Below are positions 1 through 13,400 of a DNA stretch of 64,000 bases, piece after piece; position 1 is the first letter of the stretch; every line of letters begins with the position of its first letter. A program made the position numbers and the translations under genes. The stretch comes from the human T2T-CHM13v2.0 reference genome, Homo sapiens, in assembly GCF_009914755.1 (NCBI RefSeq), contig NC_060935.1; one strand, written 5' to 3'. The notes beneath the pieces were generated by a model. It saw nothing but the letters and a program-made list of their open reading frames with translations, was not told where the DNA came from and searched no databases.

Positions 1-59
1 TGGCGATGATTTTTCTTCTTTATAGAGATCCAGTATTAAGTTAGAGAATAAATAGTGGT

Positions 60-1225
60 AATAATAATAATTAATAATAATATAGATAACATTTTGAGCG
101 TGTTTATCATGTGCTAGCATTTTGCTAAACACTTTATCTGCATTCTCTCATATAATTCCCACAATGGTCATTTTAAGACAGAGATTATTACTATTTTCAT
201 TTTGTGTTTTCGGAATTAGAGAATTGCAGACATGTATAAATCTTCATATATAAACCTGTGATATTGTGGTATAATGGGAAATATATATTTTGTTTCTGCT
301 CCTGGTTCCTGGCACAAAGCTACTAAAACCCTTGTAGTTTCCTGACTAATAGGGGTGCTAGGTATATCTTTGGTTCTGATATTGGGTCTTTGATTCCAGT
401 TCCTGACATGGTGCTCATAATCCCTTAGAATTTTCTGGGTGATACATGTGTCTTTTTTTCTAAGGAAGTGACTCTTGATGGGCTACTGGATTGGAGCTTG
501 TCACCAGAAAGACCAAGCCATGATTAGAAGCTTGGAACTTTCAGCCTCAGCCCCTATCCTCCAGGAAGCAGAGAGGGGCTGGAGATTGTTAATAATCAAT
601 CTTGCCTATGTGATGAAGCTTCCATAAAAATCCCTGAATTCTGGGGTTCAGAGAGATGCAAGGTTGCTGAACATGTGGAGATGCTAGGAGGGTGGTGCCC
701 TGGAAAGAGCATGGAGGTTCAAGAGCCCCTTTCCCCATACCTTGCCCTGTGTATCTCACCCCCTCTGGCTGTTAATCTGTATCCTTAGTAATATTCTTTA
801 TGATAAAATGGCAAGTGTAAATAAAGTGTTTCCCTGAATCCTATGAGCCACTCCAGCTAATTAAGCAAACCTGAGGGGGTTCTAGAAAACACCAATTTAT
901 AGCCCATCAGTCAGAAGTTCTAGAGGCCCATACTTGTGATTAGCATCTGGAGCGAGGGGCAGTCTTGCGGTGCTGAGTCCTCACCTTGTGAGATCTGACT
1001 CCAACTCCAGGTAGGTATTGTCAGAATCGAGTTAAATTGTAGGACACCCCATTAGTGTCCACTGGAGAACTGCTTGCAGTGTAAGGGGAAAATCCCACAA
1101 ATCTGGTGTCAACAGTCTTGTAATGTTTTGTTGAGAATATAATAGAAGATGCTTAGTTCATCTGTTTGTTTGTTTACTATCATACAGAACCAAAATCCAG
1201 GTCTGTCTGATCTTAAACCCATTTG
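60..1225 (-). mobile_element. MIR SINE split by a MER21 LTR (pieces ~60-230 and ~1187-1225)
   Basis: MIR-like 'atgtgctagcattttgctaaacacttt...cattctctcatataattcccacaa' resumes after the LTR as 'gaaccaaaatccaggtctgtctga'. Confidence 0.6.
257..1186 (+). mobile_element. MER21-family solo LTR (MER21B/C-like)
   Basis: Starts TGTGATATTGTGGTATAATGGGAAATATATATTT, ends CATACA; near-TSD aaacc (252-256) / gaacc (1187-1191). Confidence 0.85.
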
Positions 1226-1805
1226 CCTGGTGGAAAGTTATGGATGGTGCTCAGAGTTCACTGTTCTCTTTCTGTTTCATATGCTCAGGTGTGTTGCTAA
1301 ACATGAGATGCTGGGAAACTGAAAGGAATACGTAAGAAAGATGGCAACAATTAAAAAATGCAGAATGAGGTTGATCTAAAATAAAAGTTGACAACCAATG
1401 AAATGGAGTCCTTAAAATTCATTTTTCATAGAAGAACAGATAACGGAATTACATACTTAAGATAAATAATTGCCTGGGCTTGGTTTACTGAGATTTTTTA
1501 ACTGTGTTTTATATTTGTGATTTAAAAAACTATCAGGGAAGCTTATCTGCAATGTGTTAAGAGCCAACTACATAAATAGAAATCATAGACTCCATCAAGA
1601 GGGACAAAAATCATCTGATTCTTTTTATTAAATTATGGTAGCATAGATATTTAGAAAGCCAAGAAGTAAATTCTGTAGGACAAAGTAGGTCATATCTATA
1701 CTAGAGCCATTAAGAATTATTGCCAACTATTGACAATTATTATCAACTATGAGTAACAGGGTTATGTATCTCAGACAGGCCAAATATGAGGAGCTCACTC
1801 CAAAG

Positions 1806-3977
1806 CAGCTCTGTCCAGTGGAAATGTAATGCAGGATGCATATGTATTTACAAATATTCTAGTAACCACATTACGAAAGCAAAATGAAAAAGGTGAAATT
1901 AATTTTAATACTATATTTAATTTAACTCAATACATCCAAAATACTATCATTTCAACATGTAATTAATATAAAAATGTTGAGATATTTTGTATTCTTTTTC
2001 ATACTAAGTGTTCAAAATCTAGTGTGTATTTTATATTTATATAATATTTCAGTTCAAACTAGCCACTTTTTTTTCTTGTCTATAACTTTTTAAAAAAAAT
2101 TTATCTTACTTTAAGTTCTGGGATACATGTGCTGAACGTGCAGGTTTGTTACGTAGGTATACATGTGCCATGGTGGTTTGCAGCACCTATCAACACTCAT
2201 CAAGGTTTTAAGCCCCACATGCATTAAGTATTTGTCCTAGTGCTCTCCCTCCCTTTGCCCCCCATCCCCCAACAGGCCCCAGTGTCTGATGTTCCCCTCA
2301 TTGTGTCCATGTGTTCTCATTGTTCAACTCCCACTTGTGAGTGAGAACATACAGTGTTTGGTTTTCTGTTCCTGTGTTAGTTTGCCGAGGATGATAGTTT
2401 CAAGCTTCATCCATGTCCCTGCAAAGGACATGAACTCATTCTTTTTTATGGCTGCATAGTATTCTGTGGTATATAAGTGCCACATTTTCTTTATCCAGTC
2501 TATCATTGATGGGCATTTGGGTTAGTTCTAAGTCTTTGCTATTGTAAATAGTGCTGCTGCAATAAACATATGTGTGCATGTGTCTTTATAGTAGAATGAT
2601 TTATAATCTTTTGGGTATATACCCACTAATGGGATTGCTGGGTCAAATGGTATTTCTGGTTCTAGTTCCTTGAGGAATTGCCACACTGTCTTCCACAATG
2701 GTTGAACTAATTTATACTCCCACCAACAGTACAAAAGCATTCCTGTTTCTCCACATCCTCACCATCATCTGTTGTTTCCAGACTTTTTAATGATCAGCAT
2801 TCTAACTGGTGTGAGATGTTATCTCATTATGGTTTTGATTTGCATTTCTCTAATGACCAGTGATGAGGAGCTTTTTTTAACACGTTTGTTGGCCGTATAA
2901 ATGTCTTCCTTTGAGAAGTATCTGTTCATATCCTTCACCCACTTTTTAATGGGGTTGTTTTTTTTTTTTTTGTAAATTTGTTTAAGTTCCTTGTAGATTC
3001 TGGATATTGGACCTTTGTCAGATGGATAGATTGCAAAAATTTTCTCCCATTCTATAGTCTGCCTCTTCACTCTGATGATGGTTTCTTTTGCTATGCAGAC
3101 GCTCTTTAGTTTAATTAGATCCCACTTGTCAATTTTGGCTTTTGTTGCCATTGCTTTTGGTGTTTTAGTCATGAAGTCTTTGCTCATGCCTATGTCCTGA
3201 ATGGTACTGTGTAGGTTTTCTTCTAGGGGTTTTATGGTTTTAGGTTTTACGTGTTAAGTCTCTAATCCACTTTGAGTTAATTTTTGTATAAGGTGTAAGG
3301 AAGGGGTCCAGTTTCTGTTTTCTGCATATAGCTAGCCAGTTTTCCCAGTACCATTCATTAAATAGGGAATCCTTTCCCCATTGCTTGTTTTTTGTCAGGT
3401 TTGTTGAAGATCAGATAATTGTAGATGTGTGGTGTTATTTCTGAGGCCTCCATTCTGTTCCAGTGGTCTATGGATCTGTTTTGGTCCAGTACCATGCTGT
3501 TTTGGTTACTGCAGCCTTGTAGTATACTTTGAAGTTGGAGTGTGATGCCTCCAGCTTTTTTCTTTTTGCTTAGGATTGTCTTGGCTATACAGGCTCTTTT
3601 TGGTTCCATATGAAATTTAAAGTAATTTGTTCTAGTTCTGTGAAGAAAGTCAATGGTAGCTTGATGAGAATAGTATTGAATCTATAAATTACTTTAAGCA
3701 GTATGGCCATTTTCACAATATTGATTCTTCCTATTCATGAGCATGGAATTTTTTTCCATTTGTTTGTGTCCTCTCTTATTTCCTTGAGCAGCGGTTTGTA
3801 GTTCTCCTTGAAGAGGTCCTTCATGTCCCTTGTAAGTTGTAATCCTGGGTATTTTATTTTCTTTGTAGCAATTGTGAATGAGACTTCACTCATGATTTGG
3901 CTCTCTGCTTGTCTATTATTGGTAAGTGCTCTGTAGACACACATGGCTACTGGCTGTCACGATATTCAACAGCACAA
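1806..3977 (+). mobile_element. MER33 hAT-Charlie MITE split by L1 (pieces 1806-2067 and 3925-3977)
   Basis: 'cagctctgtccagtggaaatgtaatg...tagccac' continues after the L1 as 'aagtgctctgtagacacacatggctactggct'. Confidence 0.85.
2068..3923 (-). mobile_element. 5'-truncated L1PA (L1PA8-like): ORF2 3' part, 3'UTR and degenerate poly(A)
   Basis: ORF-track peptides 2324-3944 are frameshifted L1 ORF2p C-terminal pieces (e.g. [26 protein letters not shown]); 3'UTR 'aggttttaagccccacatgcatta' is typical of L1PA8. Confidence 0.93.
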
Positions 3978-3985
3978 TTCTAAAG

Positions 3986-5110
3986 TTCATTCTCATTGGG
4001 GGCAATGTTGTATACAATCAAGCAAAAGTTGAAATTGAGTCTAGAGGATGGAAATCTTACTCATTTTATGTATAAAGCACAGATGTACATACGGTACACA
4101 AAAATATATAGAGTTTGTGGTATTAAAATTTCATGGCAAGCCTATTAGTCAAGAGTTCTCTAGAGAAACAGAACCAATAGGACACACATATAAATATAAA
4201 ATATATGTGAGTATATATACAGAATTTACTTTTCTTGGTTTTCAAAATCTCATATATTTACATATCTAAATATATATATTTCATATATATGAAAATTTAA
4301 TGCCATAGATAAAATGTATATCTTTTTATGCACTGTATATAATCTTACTTGCTTTATATATAAAGTATATATATAACATATATATGACGTGAGTAAGATT
4401 TCCTTATTCTCTAGAATCAATTTCAACTTTTAACCCTTTGTGTACAACATCATCCCCAAAGAGAATGAACATTTTAGAACTATGTTATCCAATACAATGA
4501 GAACCAATAGCCACATGTGGCTATAGAGCACTTGAAATGTGACCACTTTGAGCTGAAATGTTATATAAATATAACATACTGTATTTTGAAGACTTTTAGT
4601 GTGAAAAAGAATGCGAAATATCTCACATACGGAGAGAGAGAGTGAGGGACATTTATTATAAGGAATTGATTGGCTCATCATGGAGGGTAGCAAGCCCCAA
4701 ATTCACAAAGCTGCTGTCCCAGTTCAAGTTTGAAGGCCCACAGCCTACAGTAGAACCAGGAAGAGCCAAAGTCCCAGTTTAAAGGACTTCAGGCAGGAGA
4801 CGTCTCTCTTGCTGCGGGTAGGGTTAGCTTTTTTGTTCAGTTGAGGCCTTCACCGATTGGATGAGGCCACCCACATTAGGGAAGACAATCTGCTTTTCTT
4901 AGTCTACAGATTTAAATGTTAATCTTATCCAAATAGACCCTCATAGAAACACCCAGAATAACATTTGACCAAATGTTTAGGCACATTGTGGCTCAGTCAA
5001 GTTGACACATAAAATTAACCATCACAAGGTTAACATTAAAAAAAAAAAAATGTCTAAAAGGCTCCTTAGTGGATGGGGGAAGCAGTAATGCTCAAAGGTT
5101 GAAGAAGCTG
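3986..5110 (-). mobile_element. MER112 hAT MITE split by MLT2B (pieces 3986-4140 and 5027-5110)
   Basis: 'ttctcattgggggcaat...gtggtattaaaatttcatgg' and 'aaaaatgtctaaaaggctcctta...aaaggttgaagaagctg'. Confidence 0.75.
4141..5026 (-). mobile_element. MLT2B-like ERVL solo LTR carrying an inserted inverted duplication (4289-4628)
   Basis: 'tattagtcaagagttctctagagaaacagaaccaatagga' ... 'agttgacacataaaattaaccatcaca'. Confidence 0.88.
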
Positions 5111-5229
5111 TTCTAGAGAGACCACTACATGACTGAGAGCTGACCCTTCCCGTTTTGGAAAGACAAAATACTGTAGAAAAGCAGCTGAAGCTTTAACAAA
5201 GCACAAAGGCCAAGTTTACAGTCTCCAGA

Positions 5230-5420
5230 ACTGTGCCGTCCAGTGATTAAATTGCCACTATTTAAGTGGCAATTTAAATGTAAATTGAATTCAATTAATA
5301 ATAAATGTGGCACTAGCCACATTTCAAGTGCCCAATAGCTCCATGTGGCTAGTGGCTACCATATCCGACAACAGGTAGAGAATTTTCATCGTTGCAGAAA
5401 GTTCTATTGGACAGTGCTGC
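5230..5420. mobile_element. MER3 hAT-Charlie MITE
   Basis: 'cactagccacatttcaagtgcccaatagctccatgtggctagtggctacc...gaaagttctattggacagtgctg'. Confidence 0.8.
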
Positions 5421-5429
5421 TCTTGGGTG

Positions 5430-5652
5430 TGGTGAGTCAGGAATCAAACCCCATTTCTGCCACTTGCTATGTGTAAAACCTTGGGCAGGTTGCTATATCT
5501 TTCTTTGTCTCAGTGTCTTTACCTGTAACATAAAATAATGATAAAAGTACCTGCGTTAGAGAGCTATGTGAGTAGTAAATGAGTTAATTCATGTAAAGAG
5601 CCTAGCACAGTACCTGGGATATAATTAAATATTTCATAAATGGCAGCTATTA
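5430..5652 (+). mobile_element. MIR SINE
   Basis: Core 'tctgccacttgctatgtg...cttgggcaggtt...ctcagtgtctttacctgtaa' plus MIR tail. Confidence 0.85.
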
Positions 5653-7194
5653 CTTCAGTCATCTTCTTCAGGTTTTTTTTTTTTTGCATCACTCAATATT
5701 TGTAGTATTATTAAACCTGAAGAAAATAGGAAATAAAACGTTCACTCAAATAACTTAATTTTGCTACTTAGATAAAATTATCTTGAAATAATCTCAATCA
5801 TTATTTAAGATGTGGTCTTGGTAACCCCATTATCACAGTATTTAAAATGTGATTTTTATTTTGGACTGTTTGTGTGACGGAAAACTTGACCTCATCAAAA
5901 TTTTAATTAATGCCTCAAATACTGATCTACTATAATTTCATCAGTATCAAAATGTAGCTGTTATAATGTCAAGAAAACAAATTGCATTAATTGGTGGTGT
6001 TTATTCACTCACACAGAGGTGGCACTGGAGCTGGTTAGACCATTGGCAAATGTCATGCGGGAGGTAGCTGCTTTCTCTTCTTTCAGCATTGCCCACTTAG
6101 TTCACTTTATATAATCTAATTCAGAGCTTCTGCCCTTGTTTGTTTCTTTCCCCCAGTCACTTTTGCAATGGGTACAAACTTTGGTATTTCTTATTACAAA
6201 CCCCAAGCAACTCACCATCTAAGTCGGTATTGCTTATAAAGTGCCACACCAATGAATATACCAGCTTCATTCCTGCATTTGAATACCTGGTGAAAATCAG
6301 AATCTCTGTGTGTGGCTCATGGTGATCAAACTATGTCTGGCTTCTGACCAGCTAAGTTTGCATATAGTCTGATGATTATTTAAAAATCTACCCAGAGATG
6401 CTTTTCCAGGAGAATGGGTGGTAGTAACATATCTAGGAGTAAAGAAAGTTGCCCAAATTTCAAATTCTATGTGATACAAAAATAGGTTTTATTTGTTTAA
6501 AGTAAATGTCAGGCACTGTTGGTTAAAGTAATTCTACAAATGAAATGTGGCAAGACGCAATGTCTCCCTTAAGCAGTGGTTGCAAATCAGAATACATTTA
6601 TAGTTAGCAAAAACTGGGAAAAAAATAAAAAGCTGATTGGCAGTGAGTACTCCATCTGCTTGTTTCAGGCCTGGAGAATATTTATTGCATAGAGCTTGCG
6701 CTGCTATTTTAGTTAGATTTTGGATTTAGATAAACTTTTTCACATAAGATATCCTAGATGCTTGTGTAGTTTGATGGGTTTCTGTGATCTCCAAACTTAT
6801 TTTTTCCATATGTAATATTGTGCAGAACACAAACATATATTTAAAGGAGATGAAAGTGGAACTGTTCTGGTTAGAAGATGGTTCTCCTCCCTTCCTTCCT
6901 CAACTCAACCACCACCTTCCATCCAAGTTGCTTAGTGCCATAAGGCTCTTTCATATTAAAGTTTTGGAGCATATTTCTATGTCCTACCACAAGACAATCT
7001 TGTGTGACACCTCTAAGAAAAAAACAAACAAACGTGGAACCTAGGGCTATACAGAATGTGGTTTGAAAATATTGTATTGAAATAGTACTGAGGGGTATTT
7101 ACAGTAGAAGGAACTATTCAACTTATGTTATTTTAATGGAGAACACTCTTACTAGCTAGAGGTCCTCTTTAGGGGGAAGAAAAGCTAGAAAGTT

Positions 7195-7320
7195 GGGGCC
7201 AAGAGATTTGAGTTCTAGTCCTGAACCCCATTCATCAACTGGGTGTTCTTTGGCATGTCATTTAACCTCTAGCCTCTTTCTAATTTGACTTCTTCATCTG
7301 TAAAATGCAGGATTGAAATA
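7195..7320 (+). mobile_element. MIR/MIR3 fragment
   Basis: 'gagatttgagttctagtcc...ggcatgtcatttaacctct...cttcatctgtaaaatg'. Confidence 0.65.
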
Positions 7321-8551
7321 GATATACATGCCCTTGTTGCCAGGAATTAAGTTCTATGATGCCATGATTCGAAACCAAGACACATACAGGGAATTCAACT
7401 TGAGTGGGAATTGAATATTGGTAATTTCATGTGGTTCAACCTATAGTATCTAGAGGAATCCAGGTAGTCACAAACTGAACACACATATATATTACAACAC
7501 TGTAATTTAAGTTTATTTATAGAACACAGTAGAAAATTCAAGAAAGAGAAAAAGGGAAATTATGGCAAATTTGTCTTGACTCATCTGTCAGTAACTTTTT
7601 CAGGGAATAAAAGTAAGTTCTGAGATACGTAGCATAACGTGTCCAAGATGCAACATCCCCAAGTCATTTTCTCTGTTGTCTATGGTAAGCCAAGGAATGG
7701 TAATAGGAGCCTGTGATAATTCTATCTGAAAACACCATCTGGTTCTAAGCACTTATCTAGGCCATGGATGTCACAGTCTAGATGTGGTCACCATGATATT
7801 CAAAGGTCAAAGAGGGGTCTAATTACATGCCCCAGTACTTAAAGGGCAGAGCCACCAGAGCATGAACATAATCACTCAGGCCAAACAAGACCCATTTATA
7901 ATTTTAATTATCAGTGAATCAGACAACTCTATCAAATACCAATTATTTGGCTGTTGCTGAAAATAACTGTCTTGTCTTGTTAGTCTCTAGAATAACCCCT
8001 TGAGGGAAGTTGGAATGTTCCCCTTAATGTAAATATTTGATAAAATCCATCAAGCAGAATTAGACTCATTTATTGACACTCTGTATTGGTGGTTTATTTT
8101 ACTTATTGTAAAGGAGCTTCCAATATAGGAAGAATGTGGTTGAAAGCCTGTTAACACTGTCCACCACTAGCAGCCAGGAATGTGTCTTGGGAGCACAAGG
8201 CAGCTTCTACTTCAGAGCTCACTTTATTTTTTTCCGTTAAAAGAAATACTTCACCTTACAACTCAGCAAAACTTTATTTGGGGTCTTGTTTATCATAGTG
8301 ATTTGACGATAAATACTTTATGTGTCTGGGCACTCGGGCTATGCATTAGAAAAGGCACGAAGCCTCCTCTCAAGAGTTCACAGACTATATACATCCATGT
8401 TCAGAAAAAATGAATACATGCTAAAGGAAAATTTAATTCAGCCTAGAAACTATTTTTCTTTAATTATAAGATTGTGTTCTGCATAAAGAATCCAAGAAAT
8501 GTTCCACAAATGATTAATCTTAATGTTAAGCAGTGGCTACCCTGAGCACTC

Positions 8552-8626
8552 TATTAAATGAACCGTATGAAACCGCCTGGTCAATAACTGTGGAAAATCA
8601 GTAATTTTATATAGTTTAACCTAACA
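8552..8626. mobile_element. MADE2 mariner-derived MITE (a half copy also lies at ~7413-7445)
   Basis: Degenerate TIRs 'tattaaatgaaccgtatgaaaccgcc' / 'agtaattttatatagtttaacctaaca'. Confidence 0.7.
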
Positions 8627-9294
8627 GCATCTGGGAGAGAGAAAAAAAAAAAGAACATCCAGACTCTCCACATTTTTAGAAATTGACTATCTTGAAAATG
8701 AATATCTTTGAATAAATTATTTTTCAAAGTGTCCAGGGCTGTCACTTTGAGATCTGCCTTCTTGTGAGTGGCTCTCAAAGACAAATATGAGCTCCACTTT
8801 CTGCTGTCATCATTTCTTCCCTTTGCTTTTTACCTACAGCAATTAAGACACAAGTAACATGTTATCTGCACTGCTTTGATATTTCCATTTCATTTGCAAC
8901 TTCAGCGCTCCTCAGTCATTTTTGACACTCTTATAATTTTTATCTGCAATTACGCTTTCATTATCTTCCTTCCTGATATTTTAGATGTCCAATAAGCCTC
9001 TCAATTTCCTTAATTACCAAGTAACCTTCCTTCTTCATGCCGAGGGCTATTTTTATTCCTACAATATTTATTACTAATTGGCACCCACACACTTTTATAC
9101 TTATAATAATTTTTCTGTTCTGCCCTTTATTTACCCTCTGTTTCTCTCTTTGAGAAACATTTTACCCTCCTTGGCAATACTTGATGCTAGTTCTTGGGAG
9201 TGGCAATATGATATCAATTTTCCTTGAACATAGTTTGAGGTCCTACTTTAAATTTACAAGTGTCATTTTATGCTTCTTGAATAGTTGCACCAGC

Positions 9295-9368
9295 TTCCTT
9301 CCTTCCTTCCTTCCTTCCTTCCTTCCTCCCTTCCTTTCTCTTCCTTCTTCCTTCTTTCCTTCCCTTCT
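9295..9368. repeat. (TTCC)8 microsatellite, i.e. (GGAA)8 on minus strand, plus CT-rich tail
   Basis: 8 consecutive TTCC units at 9295-9326. Confidence 0.95.
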
Positions 9369-9751
9369 CAACAAATATCATCATACCAATCACAACTCCT
9401 GCACCAGAACTATGTTATTCCTATGTGCTGCTACTTGGTCTTGCAGTTCTTGCATTTACCATTGAAATATTTTGCACTTTGCATTCTGACCTTGGAGCAA
9501 AGAGTTTGTAGCTAGGGACACATAGAAGCATTGACACTAATTCCCTGTACATTTGGAGCACGTCTCAGAAATGCTGTCTCAATTACAAGTTCATATTGTC
9601 AATTGTTTCTTCCCATAAGTAGAAAATAGACTTTTGTGTGGTACCTTCTACATCATTGAAAATTCAGTGGATATTAGTATGTTGGATGTGAGTCACCAGA
9701 ACTTACCCTTTTAGGAAAAGTAACACTACCTTTAAAATATGTATCTTTTGA

Positions 9752-9896
9752 GGCTGGACACAGTAGTTCATGCCTGTAATTCCAGCACTGTGGGAGGCTA
9801 AGGCAGGAGGATCACTTGAGCCCAGGAGTTCAAGGCTGCAGCTAGCTATGATCACACCACTGTACTCCAGCCTGGGCAACAGAGTGAGACCCTGTC
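9752..9896 (+). mobile_element. Free Alu monomer (FRAM/FAM-like)
   Basis: ~145-bp single monomer 'ggctggacacagtagttcatgcctgtaat...gctatgatcacaccactgtactccagcctgggcaacagagtgagaccctgtc'. Confidence 0.88.
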
Positions 9897-9899
9897 CCC

Positions 9900-9931
<32 letters not shown>

Positions 9932-9954
9932 CTCCCTCCCTCCCTATCTCTCTG

Positions 9955-9999
<45 letters not shown>
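9897..9999. repeat. Compound (CT)n/(CCCT)n/(TA)11 microsatellite
   Basis: Read directly from the sequence. Confidence 0.95.
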
Positions 10000-10111
10000 G
10001 TTTAATTAAATGACAAATACTTATTAATTGCAGATATATCTATTCCATCTACAATGTAGATGGAAAATGAAAATAAAACCATCTGTACTACCCCAGAGAT
10101 AACTACTATGA

Positions 10112-10413
<302 letters not shown>

Positions 10414-13400
10414 TATCTTGAATGTTTTTAATAACCTTTGTTTCAACTAACCAAGAAGGCTTCCCTCTCTGCTCTTTTCCACTATACAATTTATATTTAT
10501 TTTTCTCTCCTGGAGTAAGGTTTATTATTTTCTCAAGGGGCTTATGATGTGTTTTTGTTTTTTCTTTCATCTAAGAAGTCTAAGTTTTAATTTCTCTATG
10601 CCTCAGAATAACTTTCTCCCAAGTTCTCTGAATATATTCACTTTCCATTCAGTTAAATGAGTTTCTTTCTTGGCTTTTCCTTCTATATTCTGCACTACAC
10701 CCAAAACCAAAATACTTGGGGATTCTGCTTTCCCTTTTACTTTAGATGAAAGTTTTGATTTCACACACTATTAACTCAGAGATTAAAAACCATCTCCTGT
10801 GCTTAGGACAGAATGAAGGACAACCAGTGATTACAATGAGGTATCCACTTTGCAAGTCAAGCATTTGCCCCAAAGCTGTGTGACTGGGAAATCTAGCAGG
10901 CTTGAGTCCAGTAAAAGAACACTTGAACTAAAAGTATATTATCCGAAAGTGCACATTTTTATTTAATTCAGGGTAAAGCAGAATGAATCATAATAGGTCA
11001 ATAATAATGACTTATGGCTTCCTTCATATGGCACATTTATAATAAATGGTAATTTACCATTAAAGAGAGATATATTTCTTTTGTGTGTGTGCAAGAAAAA
11101 TTAGCATTAAGTCATACTGAGAAAGAACAGGTTTTCCATTCCTACATTTAGGATTTTATTCAGTTATTCGGGCTTAGAATATCATATGCAAACCACTTTC
11201 TCCCAAGTTCCCCCCTCCCTATTCCCATTTAGAAAATACAGGAAGGATTAAAATGTAACCATTTATGACATCATTCCAAATGTACAATGATGGACTGCAG
11301 ATCCATTCAGTGGGGCCATTTGGAAAATATTTCATGTTCCAGTCATTAGACTTGCTAAATAAGTTCAGACATGGAATTGTATAGGTAGAGAAGGAGAAAG
11401 GTAATATCTATAGGTGACTGTATATAAATAAAAGAAATACATGCATATAATTCAGGCTCCTAACTATTGCTCTGATGTTTTAGGATCCTTTGTGCTTGGA
11501 TTCCTCCCTCCTTCCCTTCCTCCCTTCTTTCCTTCTTTCCTTCCTTCTATACAATACATGCTGATGCTTTACCTGAGGTGTTAACTCTGTTCATTGACGA
11601 AATTATAGGCCATTATTGTTTTCACCAATAAAGATCTCAGACTTGGACTATCCTAGCGAAAAGTGATTGACTCTAATTTGTTTGGTATATACTCTCCAGG
11701 AAAAGAATCAGTATAAAGTAGACTACAAAAATATAATTCTGAAAGTTCAACCTCTCTACCCACCTTTTGAGTATTCAGCTAAAACTCTCCTCCAGCTCAG
11801 AGAGATGCCAAATTAAATTATAGAGAACACCCTAACACTTTAAAACCTGCATATTTTATGTCTGTGGTCTATAAACTGGCTCACAATAACTTGATTAGAG
11901 AAAAGTCTTGAGTAATTGGATGAAGTCAGGCACAGAAGATTTGCCCAATAATCAATGAATCTCAGGCGCCTAGCTCTGCTGGTTCCATACTGCTTTTCTA
12001 TCTGTCCAAATAGCCCTTTCAACGCTGAAGCTTCAGAGAAAGAATATCAAATCCTCAAAACTGAGCTAATTTCATAAGCTTTTTGAAAGTAGATTGGATT
12101 TAACAGGGCTGTGCTTTTGGAAATGAATGGTTGATATAAATCAGAGGTACTGGAAAGGTAACGTTTATCTGATTTGATTTAGCAGCAATCTGGTCCAGAT
12201 GGCAACGTGGAATTTAAAGATATTGAAATATATGGTTGCAGCTGGAGACTGTATAAGCCTAAATATAAATAATTCAGATGTGTTTATGCATTTAACAATG
12301 TCAGTTTTAAATACAGATAAGAGCCAAGACTTTAGGCTCACATTTGAAAACGGGAAGATGACTAAATGCAGGTGCTCTTATGTATGTGACCACATTTTAA
12401 TGCCTAATTTAGCTCCAATCTGAAAATCAAGGTGGAGCTCATCAGATGTACCTGTCTGGTCTAAGAGCATGAAGCACATATTACTATAAGGTTAAATCTG
12501 GAATATCGGAAGCAAAAGGTGTGATAAAACAAAACTGCATACAATGAATACACCTGATTGACTAGGACTTGGAAAGACACAACCTTTCTCTCCATGCTAG
12601 GATCACAGACCTATATTTTTGAAAAGGAAAAAAAAAAAGAAAGAAAGATGGAAATATGTCAGCTTGAGCCAACAAAGGTTTGACACCATCCGAAAAGGAG
12701 ATTGGAAAAAATCCCAGGGTGCCAGAATGATGAGAAGAGTTTCTAGGGTTTAGCACATGGCTTCTTCTACCATTCAGAAAGAACTCTGAGTTTAAAGACT
12801 TGAGTTCAAATTCTGCCTGTCACTTGAGAGTTCTGTGGCTGTGGGCCAAGGACGTACAGGAGATAATCATCCACACCTCCTAGGGAGCTATGAGGTTTTC
12901 TTGGATCAGGAGTATTAAGCCCTGACCTGGCAATACTTTGTTTCTTTCCCTGCTTTGACCTTTACTTCTCTTTTCTGTCTCTTTTTCCTTTCCTTTCTTC
13001 CAATATATTATCCACTGGACCTCAGAGCCAGGGTTGGACTGAGACTATGGGCTGAACTGGGGCTCTCCTGAGATTCAGTCACTCTTTCTCTCAAGTCAAT
13101 CCTGCACACCTTCACTGCCTCAAGGGCAACCCCTTAACTTGTTATTTGGGCTCTGTCTCTTTGTTCCTCTTCCTTAACCAAGGGCCCACTGATAGGACCC
13201 TCAAAATGATGACTTGATACTTGGTAAGATCTTAAACTAAAATTAGGGATAGAAAAAAAAGCAATGCCTACAGAAAATATTGTGAATGAAAAATTAACAA
13301 ATTTGTATAGGCTGTCTGAGGAGTGGGGAGGGCTGATAAAGAGGTAATGAAACATCAAAGATGACCCCAGGATTCACTCTTGGGTCTGACTGAACCACAC

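Noticed and set aside
2324-3944. Protein-like ORFs on the minus strand
   Set aside because: Frameshifted remnants of L1 ORF2p from a truncated L1PA8; not a gene
6010-6028. CTCF-like AGAGGTGGCACTG (similar half-matches at ~12195 and ~29528)
   Set aside because: Only the 3' half matches; the CCAC half is absent
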